DNA of 64,000 nucleotides, the filler included, from Octopus bimaculoides (lineage: Eukaryota), in the NCBI RefSeq assembly GCF_001194135.2. It is 4 parts of 4 records of this genome, joined end to end, with 100 filler letters (N's around TTAATTAATTAA, not from the genome) between each part and the next. Parts side by side here need not be neighbours in the genome. Positions count along the whole stretch, not along the records: positions 1 to 23,557 come from NC_068995.1; 3 more parts are not named here. One strand, 5' to 3'. The number at the start of each line of letters is the position of its first letter. The first letter of the stretch is position 1. The notes under the pieces were generated by a model, which saw nothing but the letters and a program-made list of their open reading frames with translations, did not search any database and was not told the origin of the DNA. The translations under genes and the position numbers were made by a program. This document shows positions 1 to 9,839 of the stretch, piece by piece.

Positions 1-25
1 ATATATATATATATATATATATATA

Positions 26-185
26 CGACGGGCTTCTTTCAGTTTCCGTCTACCAAATCCACTCACAAGGCTTTGGTCGGCCTGAAGCTATAGTAGAAGA
101 CACTTGCCCAAGATGCCACACAGTGGGACAGAACCCAGAACCATGTGGTTCGTAAGCAAGCTACTTACCACACAGCCACTCGTGC
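26..185 (-). mobile_element. tRNA-derived SINE, family A (head + body)
   Basis: Reverse complement reads GAGTGGCTGTGTGGTAAGTAGCTTGCTTACGAACCACATGGTTCTGGGTTCTGTCCC..., a tRNA-like head with A/B-box-like motifs. Near-identical copies at 13309, 32760-33125 and 41300. Confidence 0.8.
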
Positions 186-689
186 ATGTTTGTTTACATT
201 TTTTAGTTCGATGAAATCAGTAAAATATGTTATCCTTTACTTGGAAAAGGAAATAAGGTCTTGTTTCAGAAAAAGAAAACATGAAAAAATGGATTAAAAT
301 CAAGAATAAAATGAAAGTATATATATATATATATATATATATTCTCATTCACAACATCTATCTGTATGTTAAGGGAATGATAAAATTTTGAAAATAAAAG
401 TGTTTAATATCTAATTTCATATAGATATTTGTGTGTGTGAAACTTTGCAGTCTTTGATTAAAATACCACTGTCTTTCAGAGCAAAATCTTTAAAGGCTGT
501 TTGCTTGCTTTACTGTCTCTGACTGACACTCATTTGCACTCCCTTTGTTGTTTTACTCTTCTTTCCCCCAAGTGTAACCGACAGGACACATTGTGTTTAT
601 TATATGTAAGAAAGTTTTTCATGTTCACAAACTTGAGCAAAGTAGTTACTGGCCTCTTTCTTCTGCTGTAGTTGTTACTTCAGTATTAC

Positions 690-2000
690 AATTTGTGCTT
701 TGTATGACATCAATATAGATTTAAGACCAAGGCTATCATCTTTGTGTTGGAAGTATGCCTTGTCTACATGTCCATTGATGTTGCAGTTTCCAGTAACATT
801 GAGCAGCTTGTGAGCTTGTATGTCTGTGTTGAGCTCTTGCAGTGACCAGTTTATAAAGCCAACTGTGGTGTGTGAGGATAAGCACTGCAAAGGTGTTGTG
901 GGAAATATGATTGTTGGAAGTTAAGTTCAGATAACCATATTTTTTAACTCTCTTGAGGCATTCATTCCTTGTCCTCTCCTTATTGATGGGTGACATTATT
1001 ATCCTGTTCATATTTTGGTGTCTTGAATGAGGGCTCAAGTTTCATATGTTTTACCACCAAAAATGCATATCTGGACTCAACAAATTTCATCTTGATGTCT
1101 TTAGAAAATTGTTATGAGATCCAGTTGCTTTTTGATGTGGTTAATACTTGGTCATAGAACTTCAAGCCATCAACAAAGAAAAGGATCTATTTCCATAGCT
1201 GCAATGTTTTGTGGTCAGATATGACAGGCGTTCAATTAGAAAACAAAGAGCAGTACTGATAAATGCCCTGAAGAATGTCTTTTTGGTAGTGTATGGTATC
1301 AGTTTTGATGTTTTGTTCTTGTGTCTAAGGAGTAGGGAGATGTATCAGATTTGGTTAGTTGGTGGACTGCAGCTACTAGTGGTGGTTGGACTTGGGCTAT
1401 TGCAGTGCTTTGATAAGCTATCCATTTGGTACACTATCAAAGGCTTTTTGTAATCCAGCCATATCATAGCCAAGTTTCATTTCTCTTTCCTGCATCATTA
1501 TATTAATTAGTTGGTGCTCAATACAGCCTCACACTTCTTCCTTTCTCTCAGCTTGTTCAGGAGCTATAATAATGTTTGTTGTACAATGCTTTTATAGAAA
1601 CAAATTGAGGCAAACAGTGTACATCTTATACATGATGTTTTAGCAGGATATTGGGCATTAATTTTTAGCTTCAGTGATTTGGCTGTTTTGGTAGCTGAAA
1701 AGGGTGGTGGCTGTTGATAGCCATGTGTGTACATTTAATATGTCCTTCATAAACTTCCCAAGCAGTGTTATTAAATCTTACTGGTAAAAGTTGAGATTTT
1801 TTAATCTATATCATACAATAAGATTTGGATCAGAGGATTTCCTTTTGGTATTTATCATTCCTTTTCAATACTGATCTCCAGTAACTTTCTACTTGTTCTG
1901 TTGATGGAATGTTATTTACTGATATTGTGTTATTTTTGTTGAAGCTATGATAAACTAGCAAACAGTCTATTCAGTGTTTTCAGTTTACACTCTGCAGATT
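690..2000 (-). mobile_element. R4/Dong-clade non-LTR retrotransposon, decayed RT region
   Basis: Manual minus-strand translation across stops/frameshifts gives LNRLF, PSTEQVESYWRSV, N*CPISC*NIMYK, NLAMIWLDYKKAFDSVP, LFFVDGLKFYD (degenerate YMDD), FSKDIKMKF, GFINWSLQEL and GHVDKAYFQHKDDSLGL. These motifs are in the order of R4/Dong RTs. Confidence 0.75.
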
Positions 2001-3248
2001 TATATTTTAATTTTTCACCTGTCACTATTAGTTCTTGTTTCAATTAATGAAAGTTGGAATTTAAGTCATCTTTTAACTATTTCTGAGTCCCTGTTAATTA
2101 ATTGATAGTACTGCACTTTATAACTACAATAGTCTGTGAGATAGTTCCTTGAAAATACAGAATTTCAGTTGTGATCCCAGCTTGACTTTGAATGTTTACC
2201 TGTTTTTATTGTGCAGCTTCAGTTTCAGGTGATAAACTAGCAACATTATTAGTGAAACATATATTAATGAATCTAGCCTTATATGTGGGTTCTGATCTAC
2301 AGTTTCCCTTTATTTCATTCATTACTTTCACTCCTAATTTAGAAGGTTCTTTTTATGTTAGTTTTAAATGACCTGTCTATAAAGTTAATGTTTTGAACCT
2401 GCTGCAGTATTATCTTTCCATATCACTTTTAGAGAATTGACAATATTGTTTTCTAAAAGATCCAACAAATATTTGCTATGGTAAAATTGTTAACTTATTC
2501 ATAGCTTGGATTTTCTTTCATTTCAAGCTTTTCCAATTCTACAATTGTATCAAAATGGACATATAGAATTACAACTGTGCAACACATGGGTATTTTTCAT
2601 CTGAAGCATTGTGTGGCTAGTTTTCTTTAAATAAATAAATGAACTTACTACAAGGGAGGAGAGTTGCAGTCATGTAAGAAAAAGAAGGAAGAAAAGGCAT
2701 GGAAGCTAAGAAGAATAAATAGAGTATGGAAGAGCACAAAATAACAGAAAAAAGTTGATTGTAATACAATGGACAAAATTCAATTTTGAAATATACCAGG
2801 GAATACAGAAAAAAAAAAAAATACGTATGTTCATAGGGATATGTAAAAAAATCAGTCCTATTAATTCAAGGGGAGAGAAATAGAATATAAGTGATACAAT
2901 ACAATTAAATACAATACTATAATATAATGTACATTAAGCAATATAATAAATGCATATGAAATATGTATCTTGGTTGATAAATGTTCATATTAGGGAGAAC
3001 ATAAAAACAGATTCAATATAATGGTCAGAATGAAACAATTTAGGAATACAAATATACAGCATTATAAAATACAAAAAAGTATCCAACAAATTCAAAGTTA
3101 TGCTAAAGGAACAATAAATGATGTTAGTCAGTGACAAAGGCTTTGAAGTCAGGAACTTTGATGAATGTCTACAGATAAACAGCAAAAATAATACCATTAG
3201 CAAAAATCAACAGATTGAAATCTGTGCAAAAATCAACAGATTGAAATT

Positions 3249-3450
3249 CTTTTCTACTCTAGGCACAAAGCCCGAAATTTTTGGGGAGGCATCCAGTCGA
3301 TTAGATCGACCCCAGTATGCAACTGCTACTTAATTGATTGACCCCAAAAGGATGAAAGGCCAAGTCAACCTTGGTGGAATTTGAACTCAGAACATAAAGA
3401 CAGACGAAATATTGCTAAGCATTTCACCCAGTGTGCTAATGTTTCTGCCT
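3249..3450 (-). mobile_element. tRNA-derived SINE, family B
   Basis: Shares GACCCCAAAAGGATGAAAGGCCAAGTCAACC..GGAATTTGAACTCAGAAC (B-box GAGTTCAAATTCC on minus) with copies at 4990, 27120, 32013, 36533, 56258 and 60531. Confidence 0.8.
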
Positions 3451-3599
3451 TGAAAGTAATATATTACATGAATACAGTAAATAAAAGTTTATTCCAAAAT
3501 ATGGACTAAAGTTTACATACATGCACATAGAGAATGGTACCTTCATATGTTATAGATGCACTGAAGCAGTATTTACTAGGAAATAGATAATCTTAAATG

Positions 3600-5682
3600 T
3601 CCAGATGGCTAACTAGAAGTAGCCAAGGTAAAAATTGGTTGGAAAAAATTCAGGGAGCTACTACCACTGCTGTCAACAAAAGTCCTTTCCTTCAGCATAA
3701 ACGACAGAATGTATGGTGCCTGTATTAGAACTATAATGCTGCATAGTAGAAAGACATGGGCCTTGAAAGTAGAGGATTTCATACGACTAGAAAGAAAGAA
3801 ATGAGCCTCCTCCATTGGATGTGCAATGTAAGTGTGCATGAATGGCTGTACAAATGCGGTAAGAGAAAAATTGGGCACAAGTGGAATTAAATGCAGAGTT
3901 CTAGAAGGAAGACTACACTAGTACTTATGGACATGATGGAATTTTGGAAATATGATCAACAAAAAATCAACCTCTGACTTAAAAATAATATTTGTTTGCC
4001 TGTACTTGTTGATGAGCTTAAAAGAGTAAATGTGGCATACAGGAGAGGAGAATTCGTTGGTTTAGACATGTGATGTGTATGAGTAAAGACAGCTGTATAC
4101 AGAAGTATCCATCACTGAAAGTGGATCGTACCTGTAGAAGAGGAAGACAAGGGGTGAGGTGGTGAAGACTGATCTTACAATGTTAAGGCTCATGGAAGAA
4201 ATGACAATAGACCAAAATGTATGGTGATATGAGGTTCTAGAGAAGGTTCAGTGAAACTAAGTGGTAGAAGCATTGTGTCCCACCCACATGTACCAACAAA
4301 ATTTTCACACACCCTGCTCCAAGAAACCAAACTACATCTCTTCTAAACTGCATCTTTCTTTTCCTCACATTTCCTCTTCATAAACTATGATTGTCTTCCA
4401 ATCCCCTTCCCTGCCCACACTGCTCTGATTACTGTATCACTGTTTTCCCCACCCCATTTTTATACCCAGGTTTTCACCAGTCACTGCAATCTTCACTCCC
4501 TGCTTGCACCTTCTAGGCAATACCTGACTGTATATTATGACCTCTCACTTCCTTACTTTACCATCACATCTATGCTCTGATCCTTGTTACTTGTATACCA
4601 TGGCACTTCACTATCTCTCTCCTGCTCTCTCTTGCACTTTTACTGTTTCTCATTCTCTCTCTCTCTGTATTCTGTTCTTTCCTCTGGGTGGGTAGCCATG
4701 AATCTCCTTTACAACAGTACACCTGTTTCTGCCCTCATTCTTGATTATTCTCTCTCTCCCTTTCTTGCTTTTCTCTCTGACTAGGTAACCAAGTATCTCC
4801 TTTACATCTGCACACCTGTTTCTGTCCACTTTCTTATACCTCTCTCCCCCCTCTCACTGGGTAACCATGTACTTCCTCTATAGCAAGATACCTGTTTCTA
4901 TCTCTATTTCTGTCATGCTCTAACCTTTCATCATTTGACACCAGATAACCCACCCCCAATCCCCCCACTGTTATAGCAAGGCACCTGTTTCTTATTTCTT
5001 TATTGCCCACAAGGGGCTAAACATAGAAGGGACAAACAAGGACAGACAAAGGGATTAAGTCGATTACATTGACCCCAGTGCATAACTGGTACTTAATTTA
5101 TCGACCCCGAAAGGATGAAAGGCAAAGTTGACCTTGGCGGAATTTGAACTCAGAATGTAACGGCAGACGAAATATCGCTAAGCATTTCGCCTGGTGTGCT
5201 AACGTTTCTGCCAGCTCGCCACCAAAAAAAAGATGCTTTGGCAATTTCACTCTTTCACTTTAATAAGACACCTATTTCTGCCTCTCTGTCACACTCCAAC
5301 CTTTCATCCTATGACACAAGTTCCCTCCTCAAATGCCCCTGCCCTTCTTAAATTTTTTCTTTGTCTTGCGAGTTACTTGGTGACCCTGCCAGTGTTGGTG
5401 CCATGTAAAAAGCATCCAGTCCACATTATAGAGTGGTTGGCATTTGGAAGGGCATCCAACTGTAAAAATGATGCCTAAACTAACCTCGTCTATGCTAGTG
5501 TCACATAAAACGCACTGAGTCCACTCTGCAGTGTTTGGTGTTTGGAAGGGCATCCAGCCATAAAAACCCTGCTAAAACAGACACAGTAGCCTGGGGTAGT
5601 CTTCTACCTGGCCGGCTCCTTCTCAGCGGTCTTACCCATGTATGCATGGAAGATGAACATTAAATGATGATGATGATGATGG
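3600..5682 (+). mobile_element. 5'-truncated RTE-type LINE (subfamily with long CT-rich 3'UTR and (GAT)n tail), interrupted by a SINE
   Basis: 3610-3760 translates to ARVKIGWKKFRELLPLLSTKVLSFSINDRMYGACIRTIMLHSRKTWA, homologous to the RT C-terminus at 47600/54450. A CT-rich UTR follows that aligns to the reverse complement of 50060-50690. It ends in ...GCATGGAAGATGAACATTAAATGATGATGATG. Confidence 0.75.
4990..5220 (-). mobile_element. tRNA-derived SINE, family B, full length
   Basis: Minus strand starts GGCGAGCTGGCAGAAACGTTAGCAC..., has B-box GAGTTCAAATTCC, and aligns with the other family B copies. Confidence 0.85.
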
Positions 5683-5725
5683 AAATATTAGCACCAAGTA
5701 GTGTTTAGGCATAAAAAAATTTTGG

Positions 5726-6555
5726 TTAGTTAAAATATGGTAAGATCTGGACACTAACCCTTTCTATGATTTGCCCCAAATATCTAATTTTAGGTAAAAA
5801 GAAATAACACTTGTCTGCACTCAGTTTGAACCTGTATTCACTTAGTTTTTTAAATACCTTTTTCACATGTTGTACATACAGACTTCTTGATTCACCCTTC
5901 ATGAATATGTCATTGAGATATGCAACTGCAAATTCACAGTCAGCTAACATTACATCCATAATCTATTGGAAGATTGCCGGTTTGACTTTTATACCAAATG
6001 GTAACCTGTTATATTTATACAGTCCTTTATGTGTGTTAATTGTTAGGTATTTAGAGCATAATTTGTAGATATACATCAGAGAGATCCAATTTAGAAAATA
6101 TCTTGCTACCGTTTAATTTCACAAATATGTCCTCCAGAGTAGGAAGCGGATAGTTGAACATTCTAAGACATTCATTAATAAGCCTAGTGGAAAAATCAGA
6201 ACACACTCTAATTTTATTATTCTTTTTCTTAACGCACACAGTTGGAAATTTCCATTGAGAATATTCCACTTTTTGGATAACTCCAATTCTTTCTAGTCTC
6301 TCTAACTCTAAGTTTATCTGTTCTAATGCTGCATATGGCACATTTCCTTTTGGTTTAAAAATTGGTATTGCATCCTCTTTTATCCCCAATTTTTTTCTTT
6401 TCAAACATGTATCTAGTTTGTCTGAAAACATGCCTGGGAATACTTTAATTCTTTTTGCAGTTTGTCCGGGTCAGTGTTAGAACTTGTGCTTGTATCTATT
6501 ACATTTTTGCAATAGTGATTAATGGGTAAAGTGTCACGATCAGACAAATTATAAT
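5726..6555 (-). mobile_element. Ty3/Gypsy LTR retrotransposon pol remnant (RT)
   Basis: ORFs 6051-6431 (VPYAALEQINLELERLERIGVIQKVEYSQW..VKKKNNKIRVCSDFS..YPLPTLEDIFVKLNGSKIFSKLDLSDVYLQI) and 5726-5959 (AVAYLNDIF, degenerate YLDD; KCYFFLPKIRYLGQII) are Gypsy RT motifs. Confidence 0.85.
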
Positions 6556-6751
6556 GTAAGAAAAAGGGGGTAAACTTCTGATCGCAACAACAAAGTGTTC
6601 AAACAGGGAAGTAAATGTTCATATATGGAGATTATGTCCAGTCTCAATTGTTTCAAGGTAGGTGGTGAACGGTCTGACCCGTATGCAGCTCCGTCTCTCG
6701 TTCTAGTTCTAACAGCGCCAAGCTCCCGCTGTCTTCCCCACTCCCCTTTTT

Positions 6752-6931
6752 AACAGGAAGTACGAGATTACCTGCCTTGCTTGTTAACAGGAAGTGAATG
6801 AGGTTACCTGTCTCATATTATGCTAACTTCCTGTATATATATTTGGTTATTCATACCAACGTTATTTCACTTCTGCCAAACGGTCGTTGACAAACATTTA
6901 TTCCGCCACCTTCGAAAAATATAGGGTAAGT
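6752..6931 (+). promoter_or_regulatory. Candidate promoter/first exon: three ACAGGAAGT (ETS-like) motifs and a strong 5' splice donor
   Basis: AACAGGAAGT at 6752 and 6786 (part of a ~34-bp tandem duplication), ACTTCCTGT at 6826, and AGG|GTAAGT with GT at 6926-6927. Confidence 0.25.
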
Positions 6932-7450
6932 TCTCACCCTTCATTATATTATAGGTATACATAACAAAGGATGGAATGTTTCCATCCAATTCGTTCCAAA
7001 TAGGTTATTGGTATTATTTAGAAAGTCACATTGCAATTGAATTCACAACTAAACAACAATTTTCTTCCTGAAACACCTCTCATAGCTTTTGTAGTTTTAC
7101 TTAGTACTGGTTTACCTAATGCACTCCATGTTTTGTCATTTAAAATAGCTATGAAGCTGTAAGCTGATGTTTGTTCCATTTATTTTTATGTTTACAAACT
7201 TTCTATGTAGTTCATTATCCTTATCATTTTCAGATACACCATATCATCATTTCAGTGACAAATTTAGATAAAGTAGTTCATCACTCAGTTCTCAATGACC
7301 ACAGCAAGAACAATATTACCAGACCCATGCCTCATAATGATAACAGCACTGATGGCAGCTCCAGCAACACCAACTGCAACAACAACATCTCCAGGCTCCT
7401 GAAGATGACCAAAGATGCATCAGAAATGTGAACATAACCAACACTCAGCT

Positions 7451-7735
7451 GCAACAGACTTCAAGTGGCACCTGTACAACCACAGGTCCTCTCTCAGGAT
7501 TCCAAAAAGACAGTTCATCACACTCCTGGTCAGCTACATGTGGCACCTCATAAAATATCAAGTGGAGGATCATAGAGCAGCCGGGATCCTACATTTATGG
7601 GAGTGGATATTGCATGCTCTGCATAGCTGAGCAAGCAAGCATTCTCAAAGACACCCTGAAATCAGGTTTACTGAACTCTCACCAGGAAATTTACAGTTCC
7701 TGTATCCATTTCAAACATTACTTGCTACAAGAATG
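7451..7735 (+). mobile_element. Penelope-like element (PLE) GIY-YIG endonuclease C-terminal remnant
   Basis: ATDFKWHLYNHRSSLRIPKRQFITLLVSYMWHL, then after a frameshift NIKWRIIEQPGSYIYGSGYCMLCIAEQASILKDTLKSGLLNSHQEIYSSCIHFKHYLL. This matches the FK.R..NH.SSF..T.LS.YIW.L / IKW.I..CxLC..E..LLN.R.E..CRH pattern of invertebrate PLE endonucleases. The GIY/YIG motifs themselves are missing. Confidence 0.7.
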
Positions 7736-7954
7736 GGATTCCCATTCTTCGATTAGATCTAGCAAGGTCCCTATGAACTAAAAGCAATCAAAAAACTGAA
7801 TTCCATTCTCCCATTTTGGCCCAGATGAACCAGTCTAAGGGAGATAACTTGTTCTCGCTCATCTGGATTGTTTATTCTTTGGCTACTTACTAACTAACTG
7901 TACATAACAGATTCCTGCCTCCCAGAGTTGAAGAGTTGTATTTGTCTTCAACTT

Positions 7955-8018
7955 TAGAGTCTGATGAGCTGTCCATGGGGCTAGACCCTTTATGGATATG
8001 AAACCATTGGTCACTCTA
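7955..8018 (+). ncRNA. Type I hammerhead ribozyme (intact core)
   Basis: Helix I TAGAGT(7955-60)/ACTCTA(8013-18); CTGATGA 7961-67; helix II TGTCCAT/ATGGATA capped by GGG-GCTAGA-CCC; GAAA 8000-03; helix III ACC-ATT-GGT; GTC cleavage triplet 8010-12. Confidence 0.75.
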
Positions 8019-9016
8019 TGACTAAACATAAACTTAACTTTAACTGCATATAAATACATTACTGTTCTATGCTTTAGACTGTGCCTTTTTTCCGGATATA
8101 TAATACATTGATAATTGCTTATCTTGACAGATGATAGTCATCCCAACACAAACACCACATCCCATTATATAGCCCTCCATTGATGAGCCCTTTTAAGATC
8201 AGCTGCTGACTGATGGGGTTTAAAACACAAGTGACAGATATTATTCAAATTTATTCTACATCTTTGCCCTTTGCAATCTGATTCTGGAGGAATGTTTTTA
8301 TGAAGCAGCATGTCTTTTTTAAGTCCAGTATTGTCTTACAAGTTTTGTGACATATGACACAAATTGAAAGAGGTAGTTGGGTTTCAAGATTATTACCTGC
8401 CTGGGCATTTTGATTTTCATGTGACTTCATATGATTCATGTGCCTTGCTTTTGACAATAGAACATGATTGCACATAATACATATCCAATATTCACTGTTG
8501 ATTTCAGTTCCAATTGTTCCTTTCCAACAGGTCCTTTTAAGCTCAGAGTGCTGAGCAATCTTTTCCTCCCAGCTGTTGCAACCAGTCATAACAGCACCTC
8601 TCCACTTGTTCTGATCCAGAGCATCAGTTTCCCATTCATTTTTGTTCGTATCAAGTTTCTTCAGGTTTTCTTTCACACAGTCTTTATACCTTTTTCCTTG
8701 GGTTATGCTGTGGTTGCTTACTTGAGTTGAGCTCACCATAAAAAAGATGCTTTGGCAATTGCTCATCTTTCACTCTAATAACATGTTCAGCCCATCTCAT
8801 TTGAGTAAGATGACATGTTCAAATGAGCTACAATGTGCCATGTGCAAAACTTCTGTATCTGGTATGAAACATTGCCACTTGACTCCCAAGATACACCTGA
8901 GGCACTTTTGGTGAAATCTCTCCAGCATTTTCATATGATGCTTGTGGGTGGTCCATGGCTTACTCAAATATAGAAGTGCAGTCAATACACAGGTTTTATA
9001 GACATTGATTTTTGTC

Positions 9017-9839
9017 ACTTGGTAAGGTTATTTCTACATTCTGTAAAAACTATAGCCAGCACTGATTTTTGTTACAACATTTTGTATCCAAGATGTCAGG
9101 TGTAAACAAACAATGAGATCGAAGATGTAAAAAGGGTAACAGACCCTCATATGCCCAGCAGTTTGTTATTGGATATACCAATTTTACATATTAAACACAT
9201 TCCTAAAAGCTGATACATAAATATTAATGACTTGTAGGAACATGGTATTTTGTTATGCAACCATAACATACTATAAAGTATATTAAATGTATTTATAAGT
9301 CAATACCATATAGTGATGTAAAGTGCACTGCTAACACAGCAAAACATGGTTTTGACTTAAGTGTTTAATATACTCTCTAGTATATTATGGTTGCATAACG
9401 AAATGCCATGTCCCTACAAGTCATTAATATTTATGTACTAGCTTGCAGGAATGTTTTTAATATGTAAAATTGGTATATCCAATAACGTTACACTGCTGTA
9501 TTTAGTGGCTATGTAGGCAATGTGTTTGTGGATGATTAAGGAGTTACATGGGTGCTGATGAAGGAGCAAAAACTCCTGAAACAAGGCATATATGCCCATT
9601 ACCCTTTTTACATATTTGATCTCATTGTTTACACCTGACATCTTGGATACAAAATGTTGGAACAAAAATCAATGCTGGCTATAATTTTTATAGAATATCT
9701 GTAGAGATAATCTTAACAAGTGATGTAAAGTGCACTGCTAACACAGTAGAACACAGTATTGACTTATAAAAACGTTTAATATACTTTATAGTATATTATG
9801 GCTACATAAAATACCATGTCCCTACAAGTAATTAATAAC
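9017..9839 (+). mobile_element. 823-bp non-coding insertion: inverted copy + ~407-bp unit + partial direct repeat, 11-bp TSD (non-autonomous PLE/retrozyme-like)
   Basis: TGATTTTTGTC at 9006-9016 and 9840-9850. 9017-9307 is the reverse complement of ~9353-9724 minus ~9498-9585. AGTGATGTAAAGTGCACTGCTAACACAG recurs at 9312 and 9719. Confidence 0.8.
9548..9599 (+). ncRNA. Type I hammerhead ribozyme, degenerate helix III
   Basis: Helix I ATGGGTG/TGCCCAT (two G-U); CTGATGA 9555-61; helix II AGGAG-CAAAAA-CTCCT; GAAAC 9578-82. Cleavage triplet ATA 9590-92, with a C-A mismatch in helix III. Confidence 0.5.

Noticed and set aside
3200-3247. 26-bp tandem duplication (another of the same period at 10120-10176)
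   Set aside because: Unrelated sequences; ordinary local slippage duplications.
8176-8235. Second hammerhead-like string (TTGATGAGCCC...GGGGTTTAAAAC)
   Set aside because: Core is TUGAUGA/UAAAAC and helices I and III cannot be formed.
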